16,370 nt of DNA from an uncultured archaeon. Lineage in GTDB: Archaea; Thermoproteota; EX4484-205; JAAOZP01. Position numbers and translations under genes: made by a program. Below are positions 1-8,921 of the stretch, in pieces (the stretch's first letter is position 1; each line of letters opens with the position of its first letter). The notes under the pieces are model-generated. The model was not told where the DNA came from and searched no databases. It worked only from the letters and a program-made list of their open reading frames with translations. Location: NCBI GenBank assembly GCA_938045545.1, contig CALIBN010000003.1:1-16370 (forward strand), given 5' to 3'.

Positions 1-44
1 GTTGATAAGGCTAGGGTTAGAATAAGCCTGATATGCTTACCCAT
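1..44 (-). CDS. 5' end of a gene running off the left edge; probable signal peptide or membrane anchor (MGKHIRLILTLALS...)
   Basis: ATG at 44-42 is open to the window edge. Basic then hydrophobic N-terminus. TATA-like TATTTAAAA on the minus strand at about 68-76. Confidence 0.5.
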   Translation of the reverse strand, partial: MGKHIRLILTLALS

Positions 45-212
45 AGTTGAAGTATTAAGGGCTAAGGTTTTAAATAAGTTTTTCGAATAGCAACGTATTC
101 TCATCCTGAAAACATGAAGTAGAAGGCAGAAAAAGGCACCATAACGATGTGTCACAAAACTTAACACTGTCTTAAAATTTATATAATGAGTTTTGTTTGC
201 GTCTGAACGAGG

Positions 213-824
213 ATGGGGAGCGGAGGGCATGTGGAGACCTCTAAGAGTATTGCTGCTTTCAACAGTGCTAGGAAAGTAGCTTTCATAGGAATGATGGGAG
301 CGTTGAGCAACATTCTGTTTCTCGCTTCAGTAACCGTTCTGAACTGGGGTCAGGTTGCTCTAGACCTGTCTCACATGGGGACTCTGATAGCCGGCTTCTT
401 CGGGGGCCCGTTGGCTGGCTCAGCCGTCGGGGTTATCGCTGGGCTTGGAAGCGGGTTGTACTTCGGCTCGGTGAGTGGATTAACATGGTTGTTCCTGCCG
501 GGTTTCGTAGTTGGCAAGATGCTTACAGGCTTGAGTGTTGGCCTGATCAGCAGGAGCCTCAGGATTATGGAGAGGAGTAGAAAGGGCTTGTTGACGATTT
601 TCTCCACGCTCCTTGGATATGTTCCGGAGTGTCTTTTCACAGTGTTCTTCTTCATAGTTGCGATTCCTCTTTTCGCCCCTCCTGCTGCTGCAGGCTTTCT
701 AGTGACACTCCTCATGCCAATACTTGCTAAAGCCTGGATCGAAATGGGCTTAATGGGTTTCTACATGGCTGCTCTAGTTGGGAACCAGGGTTTCACCAGC
801 CTGGTTAGCAGGCTCTGGTCTTGA
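213..824 (+). CDS. ECF transporter S-component (substrate unknown)
   Basis: 203 aa multi-pass hydrophobic protein. Early AxxxA-type helix (VAFIGMMGALSNIL), then LDLSHMGTLIAGFFGGPLAGSAVG, typical of S-components. TTTATATA box at 178-185. Confidence 0.7.
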   Translation: MGSGGHVETSKSIAAFNSARKVAFIGMMGALSNILFLASVTVLNWGQVALDLSHMGTLIAGFFGGPLAGSAVGVIAGLGSGLYFGSVSGLTWLFLPGFVVGKMLTGLSVGLISRSLRIMERSRKGLLTIFSTLLGYVPECLFTVFFFIVAIPLFAPPAAAGFLVTLLMPILAKAWIEMGLMGFYMAALVGNQGFTSLVSRLWS

Positions 825-876
825 CGGAAAGTAGCCTACAGTAAACCATTTAAACCAGCCTTGTCGACGCTTAACT

Positions 877-1119
877 ATGGCTGAGCTAGACGCTTCAAAG
901 CTTCCGGGAGAGGCTCTCAGGGAGCTAGTGGAATTTCTTAGGAGAAAGCTCTCCGTTAAGGTTGAGGAGAGCTCTGGGAAGATAGTGGTGGAAAAAGTTT
1001 CGAACACGAGGCTGAGGAAAGCAGTAAGATGGTTTCTGAGCAGGAAGAACCTGAGCGGGGAGTACAGAGTCCTGTCGGAGAAGAAGACTCTTACCGTAAG
1101 GAAAGTAAAGAAGGATTAA
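877..1119 (+). CDS. rpl22e: Ribosomal protein eL22 (L22e)-like
   Basis: 80 aa basic protein. LVEFLRRKL...GKIVV...RLRKAVRWFLSRKNLSGEYRVLS parallels eukaryotic eL22 (FEQFLQERI...SKITV...[23 protein letters not shown], recalled). TTTAAA box about 25 nt upstream. Confidence 0.75.
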   Translation: MAELDASKLPGEALRELVEFLRRKLSVKVEESSGKIVVEKVSNTRLRKAVRWFLSRKNLSGEYRVLSEKKTLTVRKVKKD

Positions 1120-2462
1120 AGCCTGTAGGTGGAGAAGAGGGATCTCTTGGAGATTTCCCCTGCGAAATTGTGCAGCATCAGCTTCTTAACGGTCTCATTG
1201 TCGAAACCATGTCCTAGGAGCCATCCTAGCTTAACATATGCTACTTCGCTCAGCATGTCTTCACAGTAAACCACGCCCAGCTTAGCCATTATCCTTGCAT
1301 TCCTGTAAACGTATGGGTCAACCCTGCCGAACACGCATTGAGAAGCCATAGCTATAACCACGCTCTCCTCCAACCCTCTTCTCACGCTTCCCACCCAGGA
1401 GAGTCTTCCATCCAACGGTTCTGTTGGAACATGGCCCATTCCTGTCCCCTCTATCACAATACCCCTGTAACCCTTATCCACCAGGAAATCAATAATCTCA
1501 GGGTCTGAGCCGGGGTACGCTTTAACCAGTGCAGTCTTAGGTTCGAAAGCGTCGTCAACAGTAGGAGGCTCCGTGCCCCTGGGCCTGAACTCTTTCTCAA
1601 TTATTTCTACCCGTCCATCCGGCCAGACACGGGCCAATGGCGGCGAGTTAACCGGTTTGAAAGCATCCCTCCTCGTAGAGTGCATTTTTCTCACCCTCGT
1701 ACCCCTTATCACGTTGTTGAAAGTATCCCCCGACTCGGCGTGCATACATACAACCACCTCCCCTAGGTTCATCCTGGTGGCCGCGTGAAGCCCGCAGATT
1801 ATGTTCATATCAGAGTCCCTAGAACCCCTGTCGCTGGATCTCTGCGAACCTATGAGCACGACTGGAGCGTTCAAACCCCTAAGCATGAAGGAGAGGGCTG
1901 CTGAAGTGTAGTGCATCGTGTCGGTCCCGTGTAGAATTAGGACTCCAGCGTCACCCTCAGCCAGGCTTTCAGCAGCCCTCCTAGCAATGGTGGACCATTC
2001 TCTGTAAGTCATGTCTTCCGAAGCTAGGCTGAATAGTCTTTCAACCCTTCTCAAGTAGGCTATTTTCAAAACCTCCGGAACATTGTAGAATACTTCTTCA
2101 GGCGTGAAAAGCATTGAGACCCCTCCAGTATAGTAGTCTATTCTAGCGCTTATGGTTCCTCCCGTGGAAAATATTGAAACCGGTGGAAGCGCCTTGTCTT
2201 GCTCAACCTTCTCCAAAGCCTTAAACCTTCCGAGTTCAACCGATCCTTCAAGCTTAACTATCTCACCGCCGTCAAGCCTGAACCCAACGTTGTAACCGTT
2301 GTCAAGCTTTATGACGAGAACACTCCCGTCTCCAAAGTCCACCTCCTCCCGGGGAAGGAGAATACCTTCCACGATGAGCTTGTCCCGTTTAAGCATAATC
2401 CTGTCACCCGGCTTAACGCCCTTCTCGGAGAGAATTTTCTCAACATCTTCAGAATAAGGCAT
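1116..2462 (-). CDS. gatD: Glu-tRNA(Gln) amidotransferase subunit D
   Basis: N-terminal IKLDNGYNVG domain, asparaginase motifs STGGTIS and HGTDTM, plus GSQRSSDR and KMHSTRRDAF. Adjacent to gatE. Stop overlaps the convergent eL22-like stop (TTAA at 1116-1119). Confidence 0.97.
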   Translation of the reverse strand: MPYSEDVEKILSEKGVKPGDRIMLKRDKLIVEGILLPREEVDFGDGSVLVIKLDNGYNVGFRLDGGEIVKLEGSVELGRFKALEKVEQDKALPPVSIFSTGGTISARIDYYTGGVSMLFTPEEVFYNVPEVLKIAYLRRVERLFSLASEDMTYREWSTIARRAAESLAEGDAGVLILHGTDTMHYTSAALSFMLRGLNAPVVLIGSQRSSDRGSRDSDMNIICGLHAATRMNLGEVVVCMHAESGDTFNNVIRGTRVRKMHSTRRDAFKPVNSPPLARVWPDGRVEIIEKEFRPRGTEPPTVDDAFEPKTALVKAYPGSDPEIIDFLVDKGYRGIVIEGTGMGHVPTEPLDGRLSWVGSVRRGLEESVVIAMASQCVFGRVDPYVYRNARIMAKLGVVYCEDMLSEVAYVKLGWLLGHGFDNETVKKLMLHNFAGEISKRSLFSTYRL

Positions 2463-2464
2463 TT

Positions 2465-4333
2465 TTACTCCAGCCTCCTCTTAACCTCCTCCATCAGAAT
2501 CCTGTAGATCGTTGAACCCTCCGCAACCCCCCTGAATTTCTCCATCATCCTGCCCATTAACAGTTTAACCGAGTCAACACCCTTCTCCTTAACGTATGAA
2601 ATGTTTTCCTCAACGAGGCGTTTCGCCTCAGCCCTTAAATCCTCCTCCCCGACCCTCCTGCGTCTCAGCTCCTCGTAAACCTCCCCTAGGCTCATGTTCT
2701 TATCGGCGAAAAGCGTCAGGGCCTCCTGAATCATTTCCCTAGGCAGGTCGCTCGGAAAGGTTCTGAGCACAGTGATAAGCTCCTCGTCGCTGAATTCTCT
2801 CCCACCCTCCCTCCTAACGTACGGCAGTGTGTTTAACAGGAATGAGGCTATGGCTACAGGCGGGAGCCCCGAGGCCCGGATGGATTTCTCGAAGACGAAA
2901 AGATAATGGGATCTGACAAGCTGCTGCGCCATGTGGCTGTTTAAACCGATCGCCTCAAGCTCCCTAATCTTCTCCCGAGGCTTCTTCGGAAGAATCATCC
3001 TTATCTTTTCAAGCCTCTCCCTGGAAACAGGGATCGGCGGAATATCTGTCTCAGGATACATTCTAGCAGACCCGGGGAGAGGCCGAAGATAGTCAGTATT
3101 ACCGTCTTCAAGAGCCCTTCTAGTTTCAGAGGGGACGCCGTCAAAAGCCTTGAGAAGCCTGCTGTAAACAGCCTTGAGAGCAGCCTCAACCCTCGCCGGC
3201 TCCCCGACTACGATTACACCAGCGTCATCATCGGAAAGATCAAGCGCCCTGCATGTTTCGAGAACCTCCTTCTCAGATATCCCGTAACCAGGGAGCTCAT
3301 CCGTGTGAATGATGCCCTGTAATCCTCCCCAAACCCTAGCGTAGTCAGCAAGCTCGGTTCCGAACCTCCTACCGGGCTGAAGCTCCATCCCGAGCAGCCC
3401 CTTGAAACCCGGTGCTTTCAAACCGTAGACAACCTCGCCCTTTGAAAGTGCTTTCAATATGAGTTTGGAACGGGTCTCCTTGAAGACGCCCGTCAGGTCT
3501 ACGGGATCGTAGGTAAGGCTGTCCGGGGAGCACCTGGCCCTTAAAAGGTCTCTGAGCCTAAGCAGGTTGCTCTGCCTTAAAGCCTCCCTCTCAACAATCT
3601 CTGGAATCAGCTTGAGATTCTGCACGCCCTTAATCTCCTGCCTGGCACCTCCCTCGACACTTATGTTCAGGTCCTGCCTTATGGTGCCGAGCCCCCTCAT
3701 AACCTTCCCCGTCATCCTTAAGGCTAGCCCAACCTCCTCGGCAGTCTCAAGGGCCTGCGAGGGGCTCTTAATATCGGGTTCAGTAGCTATCTCGACGAGC
3801 GGTATTCCAAGCCTGTCAAGCCTGTACTCAGCGGCCTCCCTGCCGCTTTCAACTATGAAGGCCGACTCCTCCTCTAGGCAGAGGCTTTTCAGCCTAACCG
3901 GGCCCTCGCTAGTCTCGACGATGGAATCATTACTCCCCAGAGCTACTAAGAGTGTTCTCTGGAAGCCTGAAGTATTGCTGCCATCTATCACCGTCTTCCT
4001 CATCACCCTAGCCTCGTCGACAACAGTCATGTTGAAGTAGAGAGCCATCTCTAGGGCTGCGTCGAGAATCTCATCGTCAATAAGGTGGGGAGGCTCCTCG
4101 TCCAGCTCAACGAGACAGTTGAACGAATCGTCAACATGGTAGGTGAACAACCTGCTTCTAGATGCTTCAGCAAGCGCGGCAGGATCTAGCTCACCCAGCT
4201 CGCTCGCGGAAGCCCTAAGCCTCCTCAATACTTTCCCCGAAGCCTCTCCAGGGGATGTGGAGGGGCAGCTGCAGAAAAGCTTGTGGAATGCGAGACGCTG
4301 GTGAAACTCCAGGCCTACTTTCAGAGGGCTCAA
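2465..4333 (-). CDS. gatE: Glu-tRNA(Gln) amidotransferase subunit E (TTG start)
   Basis: KVGLEFHQ, KLFCSCP, MRKTVIDGSNTSGFQRT, LDRLGIPLVEIATEPD, RGLGTIRQDLNIS and RPLPGSARMYPETD motifs, plus the GAD insertion. Confidence 0.97.
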   Translation of the reverse strand: MSPLKVGLEFHQRLAFHKLFCSCPSTSPGEASGKVLRRLRASASELGELDPAALAEASRSRLFTYHVDDSFNCLVELDEEPPHLIDDEILDAALEMALYFNMTVVDEARVMRKTVIDGSNTSGFQRTLLVALGSNDSIVETSEGPVRLKSLCLEEESAFIVESGREAAEYRLDRLGIPLVEIATEPDIKSPSQALETAEEVGLALRMTGKVMRGLGTIRQDLNISVEGGARQEIKGVQNLKLIPEIVEREALRQSNLLRLRDLLRARCSPDSLTYDPVDLTGVFKETRSKLILKALSKGEVVYGLKAPGFKGLLGMELQPGRRFGTELADYARVWGGLQGIIHTDELPGYGISEKEVLETCRALDLSDDDAGVIVVGEPARVEAALKAVYSRLLKAFDGVPSETRRALEDGNTDYLRPLPGSARMYPETDIPPIPVSRERLEKIRMILPKKPREKIRELEAIGLNSHMAQQLVRSHYLFVFEKSIRASGLPPVAIASFLLNTLPYVRREGGREFSDEELITVLRTFPSDLPREMIQEALTLFADKNMSLGEVYEELRRRRVGEEDLRAEAKRLVEENISYVKEKGVDSVKLLMGRMMEKFRGVAEGSTIYRILMEEVKRRLE

Positions 4334-4439
4334 CCTGGGCTAGAATGCTTATGGAGGTATTTTAACCTTAAAATCTAAGCAATTTTTTTACATATTTTTA
4401 GCGTGTCGAAAAGGAAGACTATATAAAGACGCCTACAGT

Positions 4440-5066
4440 TTAGACGATTCCAAGTCTGCTCTTTATTAGCGCTACGTCTTTCTCCAGTGCGGCTAGCCTT
4501 CTATCAAGCATGGATTTTAGGTCTTCTCTAAGGCCATCAATCTTCGTACCCAAGTTGTCTATCTTCACCCCAAGGTCGTCTAGTTTTTTAATCACAATAT
4601 CCTGTTTTTCCAGCATAATATCCTGCTTCTCCAGCATCTGATCCATCTTCCCCAACATCCTATCTTGCTTCTCCAGCATAATATCCTGCTTCTCCAGCAT
4701 CTGATCCTGTTTGCTGAGCATCTGGTCTTGCCTACCAAGCATCCCTAAACCTATTTCAACTATTTTTCCAAGCTGGATCGTTGTAAACTCGTTTCGAAAA
4801 ACCTCTATGTTTTTCACCGGCCCCTCGTATTCCTCGAACCTAATGCTAGAGACCTCTGCCTCCTTCGGTGCTAGTTCCCTGACTCTCTCCATAAACATTT
4901 TAGTCTCCTTCTCGCCACCCTCGTACAGGACCTCGACGCAATCCGTATCAACGTTCCTAGCCTGGAACCCAGTAAGGTTTAATTCACTTGCCAAATTTAG
5001 TAGGAAAAGCCTGTAGCCAACATCCTGAACCATCGAACCTCTAATCAGAACCCTGCCCTTGCCCAA
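4440..5066 (-). CDS. Acylphosphatase-domain protein with C-terminal heptad-repeat coiled coil (TTG start)
   Basis: GSMVQDVGYR and GFQARN match the AcyP motifs (GxVQGVGFR, GxxxN). C-terminal half is (MLEKQDx)n followed by further heptads. Confidence 0.85.
   Translation of the reverse strand: MGKGRVLIRGSMVQDVGYRLFLLNLASELNLTGFQARNVDTDCVEVLYEGGEKETKMFMERVRELAPKEAEVSSIRFEEYEGPVKNIEVFRNEFTTIQLGKIVEIGLGMLGRQDQMLSKQDQMLEKQDIMLEKQDRMLGKMDQMLEKQDIMLEKQDIVIKKLDDLGVKIDNLGTKIDGLREDLKSMLDRRLAALEKDVALIKSRLGIV
4596..4742. repeat. Seven imperfect in-frame 21-bp tandem repeats
   Basis: Units such as AATATCCTGCTTCTCCAGCAT and CTGATCCTGTTTGCTGAGCAT, each encoding a heptad like MLEKQDI on the minus strand. Confidence 0.92.
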
Positions 5067-5182
5067 TTACCCCTAAGACTAACGTTGGAATGGTTTAAAA
5101 GCGTAACTGTTAATCGTGGTTGAATTATAAGGATGTAAAAGATGCTTGCCCAACAAAAATGATAATGGAGAAGATCCGGTAA

Positions 5183-5566
5183 CTATGTTTCCCGTATCTT
5201 CTGTACTATGGTTGAAGAAACCTTTTCAACATCATCTTCGGAATAATTCATAGTGGTGAACGGCCCGAGTTTTTTAATTCCAAGATCATATTCCAGATTG
5301 AGGCACTTTTCATATTTGATCCCCAAGTTATCCAGTATTCTTCTTGAACACTCGTTGCGGCAGCCGTCGACAACGATGAGGTGCCCAATCTTCCTGACGA
5401 GCATGACTTGCCTTGGAATCTTGTTGGCTAACGCGGGCAGCGAGCATATCCCGACTTTATCGCCTCCCAGCTTTTCAACAACTTTAAGTGCAGCCAACCC
5501 TGTCAGTTGCCCAGTGTTTGAAGCCCCGCTGTTGCACACGACAAGCCCGATCTCAGGCGTTTCCAA
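5183..5566 (-). CDS. DGC-domain putative zinc-binding protein (TTG start)
   Basis: VVCNSGASNTGQL, GICS and IVVDGCRNEC match the DGC family pattern. GGTG SD-like element upstream. Confidence 0.88.
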   Translation of the reverse strand: METPEIGLVVCNSGASNTGQLTGLAALKVVEKLGGDKVGICSLPALANKIPRQVMLVRKIGHLIVVDGCRNECSRRILDNLGIKYEKCLNLEYDLGIKKLGPFTTMNYSEDDVEKVSSTIVQKIRET

Positions 5567-5585
5567 CCCTACGCACCTTTATTCC

Positions 5586-7100
5586 TCAAGATTGAGGAAC
5601 ACTTATCAGCTTTTTCGGGTTCTCATCCATGGTTCGAGGTTCACCGGCCTTGGCTCGGCTAACAGTTTTCAAGCTATTCACCACCTCCTCCCAGTATTTC
5701 TGGTTTATGCTGCATCCAGGGTCTGGGCCTTGCAAGTCATTGAAGTAGGCGTAGGCTCTTGCTCTGCATCCACCGCAAATGTATTTATACTCGCATTCTC
5801 CACATCCCTTGAAAAGGTCCCTGTTCCTTATCTGTTTCAGGACTGGAGAGTTTCTCCAGATGTCAACCAAGCTTTGCTCTCGAATGTTTCCGACTTTTAT
5901 CGGGATGAAGACGCATGGCTCAATGTCTCCGTTCGGCTCCATGCCACAGTAGAGGCGGCCGGCTCCGCATCCGCCGATGAATTGCGCCAGGGAGCGGGTC
6001 TTACCTTTAAGCACTTCCATGGCTTCTTTGTTCGTGAAGTGCGTGGCGATCAACGGGCCGAAGTCAAACTTATAGGAGGTTACTGCATATTGGGGTGCTG
6101 TGGAAAGTGTTTCCAGTCCCTTTGCGCTAACAAGTTTTGAATATAGGAAGTCAAGAAGTTCTTCCCTTTCTTTCGGGGTTAGATCCTGTTCGACTATTTC
6201 TTTCCCTCTACTCACAGGTATAAAGTTGAAAACTATGAAACGTTGCACATGAAGATCCTTTTCGGCAAAATCTATAAGCTTTGGCATCTCTTTCAAATTA
6301 TAGTGTGTTGCTGTCGTAGCTACGCACGTATATAGGCCAGCCTCAACGCATTTTTTAATCCCCTCTACAGTCCGTTTCCAAGCCCCCTGCACTCCTCTGA
6401 ACTCGTCGTGAGTCTTCTCAAGCCCGTCTAAGGAAACCTCGACGTATTGGATCCCTATCTCCTTCATTTTTCGCGCAACTTTTTCAGTTATTAGTATCCC
6501 GTTGGATGCGACTGAAACGTAGAAACCCTTTTCGACAGCATACTTGGCAACCTCAAAAAAGTCCCTCCTAACTAGCGGTTCACCTCCGGAAAAAGCTAAG
6601 GCCACTACTCCCGCGTTTGCAAACTCGTCTATAGCATGCTTCGCCTCCTCTGTTGTTAATTCATCGGGTGCAGGCTCCGGTCCAGCGTTTTCATAGCAGT
6701 GTTTACATCTTAAGTTGCATTGTTTAGTGAAATTCCACACTACGAGAAATGGAGCTCCTGTGGTTTGGGGTCTTTGCACGCCAAAGTAACCTATGCCTTC
6801 AAGAACGTTTACAATACTCCTCCTTATTAAAGGATCCCTTAGGGATGTTTTCATCTGCTCCCTGGAGACGCCGAAGGACTCAGATCCTTTTTCGATGACC
6901 AGCTTAACAAGCAGATAAGCTAGCTTTTCTTGAAAGCTCAGTCGCTCCTGCTCACCCACATATTTCTTTAAGGCTGATTCTAGCTTACTGCCTTTTTCAG
7001 TTCTCCTTGAAACCCATCTTAGAAGAACCCTGGAGACCGAGTTGCCGAGCCACGCTTCCACTGTGCCCGCTACCAGGTCTGCCTCACGCGTTTTAAACAT
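5586..7100 (-). CDS. Radical SAM/SPASM protein with long N-terminal helical extension
   Basis: CNLRCKHC cluster motif, FSGGEP, and SPASM cysteines (GCGAG...IEPC...CGECEYKYICGGCRARA...DPGC). Start moved from 7148 to ATG 7100, which overlaps the antiporter stop (GATGTTTAA) and follows CAGGTG. Confidence 0.92.
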   Translation of the reverse strand: MFKTREADLVAGTVEAWLGNSVSRVLLRWVSRRTEKGSKLESALKKYVGEQERLSFQEKLAYLLVKLVIEKGSESFGVSREQMKTSLRDPLIRRSIVNVLEGIGYFGVQRPQTTGAPFLVVWNFTKQCNLRCKHCYENAGPEPAPDELTTEEAKHAIDEFANAGVVALAFSGGEPLVRRDFFEVAKYAVEKGFYVSVASNGILITEKVARKMKEIGIQYVEVSLDGLEKTHDEFRGVQGAWKRTVEGIKKCVEAGLYTCVATTATHYNLKEMPKLIDFAEKDLHVQRFIVFNFIPVSRGKEIVEQDLTPKEREELLDFLYSKLVSAKGLETLSTAPQYAVTSYKFDFGPLIATHFTNKEAMEVLKGKTRSLAQFIGGCGAGRLYCGMEPNGDIEPCVFIPIKVGNIREQSLVDIWRNSPVLKQIRNRDLFKGCGECEYKYICGGCRARAYAYFNDLQGPDPGCSINQKYWEEVVNSLKTVSRAKAGEPRTMDENPKKLISVPQS

Positions 7101-8349
7101 CACCTGAAGAGGGCTTACCCTCGATGGAGAACAGCTTGGCGATTCCATCCTTCGCAGTAGATAGGCCCCAGGAGTATGCCCCCGCCACCACCGGCTTCAT
7201 ACTCATGTAGGTAGCTATCATCGCTGAAAACAGCCGTGTAGATATGGCTCCAGAGTTTAGCAGAAGCGTCTCCGCTATGATGCTCGTACTGAACTTCGTG
7301 CAGAGCCCAATCCCCATTATGAAAGCGTATTTCAAACCAAGCAGCCTGCTGAAGAACAGGGTTGAGGCTGAGACCCTCGAGCTGAACGAGACGGTGAAGA
7401 TTATTACGACCAGTAGGGGGAAGGCGATGATGGAGGCGAGGGAAACGCTTGAACCCAGGCTTAGGAAGAAGAATGGGGAGAGGAAGAAGTTGCCTAGGAA
7501 GTTTATAGGCCTCCTGCTCTCCTTCAGAATCTTCTCCGGAAACACTTGCTGCGTGACTATGCCGCCCATTATCGAGGCCACTGGAGCCAGGGTTTCATAT
7601 ACGAGTGCGCCTGAGGCGGCGAAGGAAAAGAACACTAGGAATATGAGGAACGGCGGAACGTAAGGTGGGCTACGCACAGTCTTCTCCAAGACCCTCCTAA
7701 TCCGTCCTCCGATTTTCACCATAGTGAACGTTGCGAGAAGCAGAAGGAATACATAGGAGACTATGGCCAGCGTGGCGTTCACAGTATTTTGCGTTGCGCT
7801 TCCGGATGATAAGACCGGTAGGCTCGCTACAACTGCAAGCATCGCAACCTCCATAACGTCGTCGAAAACCCCCAGTCCAAGCGTGAGTTGGCCGAACCTC
7901 GTGTTCACCAAGCCGAATTCGGAGAGGATGGCGAACAAGACTACTTCGCCGATCGTCCCAAACGTTATGCCTGTGATCAGCGCGATAAGAAAGGAATTGT
8001 TCACGTCGGCTGGAAACCAGAAGTAGAATAGGAGCGCCAGCATGGTGCCTTCAAAAAGGCAGAGGAAAATACCGCCTGCAGCGATGTGTGCCCCAAGGGA
8101 CCTCATCTCTTTCAGGTTCAGGTCTAGGCCGATCATGAAGAGGAGGGCGAGCATCCCTAGTTTAGCCAGAAGCTGGAAGCCTGCGTCGTTTACGACTGGC
8201 GTGAAGAAACCGAAGGCGGAGAAGATCATGCCGAATAAAACGAGTGTGAACATCCATGGCATTCTCAAGTATCTCTCCAACAAATAGCCGAAACCCAGCG
8301 CGATCGAATACGTGATTGCCGTTAAGAGCAGGGTGTCAGCCAACGCCAT
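7093..8349 (-). CDS. Cation:proton antiporter (CPA2/Kef-like membrane domain)
   Basis: About 12 hydrophobic segments, LAKLGMLALLFMIGLDLNL, GVFDDVM (CPA2 DD motif) and FLSPFFFLSLG. Confidence 0.88.
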   Translation of the reverse strand: MALADTLLLTAITYSIALGFGYLLERYLRMPWMFTLVLFGMIFSAFGFFTPVVNDAGFQLLAKLGMLALLFMIGLDLNLKEMRSLGAHIAAGGIFLCLFEGTMLALLFYFWFPADVNNSFLIALITGITFGTIGEVVLFAILSEFGLVNTRFGQLTLGLGVFDDVMEVAMLAVVASLPVLSSGSATQNTVNATLAIVSYVFLLLLATFTMVKIGGRIRRVLEKTVRSPPYVPPFLIFLVFFSFAASGALVYETLAPVASIMGGIVTQQVFPEKILKESRRPINFLGNFFLSPFFFLSLGSSVSLASIIAFPLLVVIIFTVSFSSRVSASTLFFSRLLGLKYAFIMGIGLCTKFSTSIIAETLLLNSGAISTRLFSAMIATYMSMKPVVAGAYSWGLSTAKDGIAKLFSIEGKPSSGDV

Positions 8350-8352
8350 TGG

Positions 8353-8865
8353 CTACTTCACCACTAGCACGGGGCAGGAGGCGTGCCTCACCACTCCGTC
8401 GCTTACACTCCCCAGGAGAATCTCCCTCACCCTGCTTAACCCTCTTGCACCCATTACGATCATGTCGAACCCGCCTTCCCTGCATGTTCTGATAATCTGG
8501 TCGACTGGACGCCCTTCCAAAAGCAGCTTTTCGACTTTAACCCCTTCGGATTTAACCCTTTTTTCCCCGTCTTCCAAGATGCTTACACCCATCTTCCGTA
8601 TTGCTTCAATAAACTCTTCGACAGGCGTCGGGGAGATTGCGAAGCCGCCAACCTGGTACACGTGCACCAGCGTGATTCTGCTGCCGAATTTTAGAGCTAT
8701 TTGAACAGCCGTTTCCAACGCTTTCACCGAATGCTCGGAGCCGTCTAGCGGAACCAGAATCCTGCTGAAAGAAAACGTTTCACTTCCAACCGTCGAAACC
8801 CTTGTCTCTCCACTGTTTTCCTCACCCGGGTTCCGTGTCGGTGCCTCCTCCATGCTCATCGCCAT
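8353..8865 (-). CDS. Universal stress protein (UspA family)
   Basis: RILVPLDGSEHS, DMIVMGARG, LLGSVSDGVVRHASCPVLVVK. Has an acidic N-terminal extension of about 30 aa. Confidence 0.95.
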   Translation of the reverse strand: MAMSMEEAPTRNPGEENSGETRVSTVGSETFSFSRILVPLDGSEHSVKALETAVQIALKFGSRITLVHVYQVGGFAISPTPVEEFIEAIRKMGVSILEDGEKRVKSEGVKVEKLLLEGRPVDQIIRTCREGGFDMIVMGARGLSRVREILLGSVSDGVVRHASCPVLVVK

Positions 8866-8870
8866 CGTAT

Positions 8871-8919
8871 TGTTGCAAAACGTAAGGTATATATACGCTT
8901 TATGTTACATATTGTAACA
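8871..8919. promoter_or_regulatory. Divergent promoter: central palindromic TATA element flanked by two operator-like sites
   Basis: GTATATATAC at 8887-8896. Perfect TGTTACA-TAT-TGTAACA at 8903-8919. Degenerate TGTTGCA-AAA-CGTAAGG at 8871-8887. Confidence 0.7.
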
Positions 8920-8921
8920 AA

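Noticed and set aside
4596-4742. 21-bp repeats as a CRISPR array
   Set aside because: The units are contiguous with no spacers and encode in-frame heptads.
5253-6140. 295-aa plus-strand ORF, and the other antisense ORFs over gatDE, the antiporter, usp and elp3
   Set aside because: They shadow well-supported genes on the opposite strand and have no recognisable motifs.
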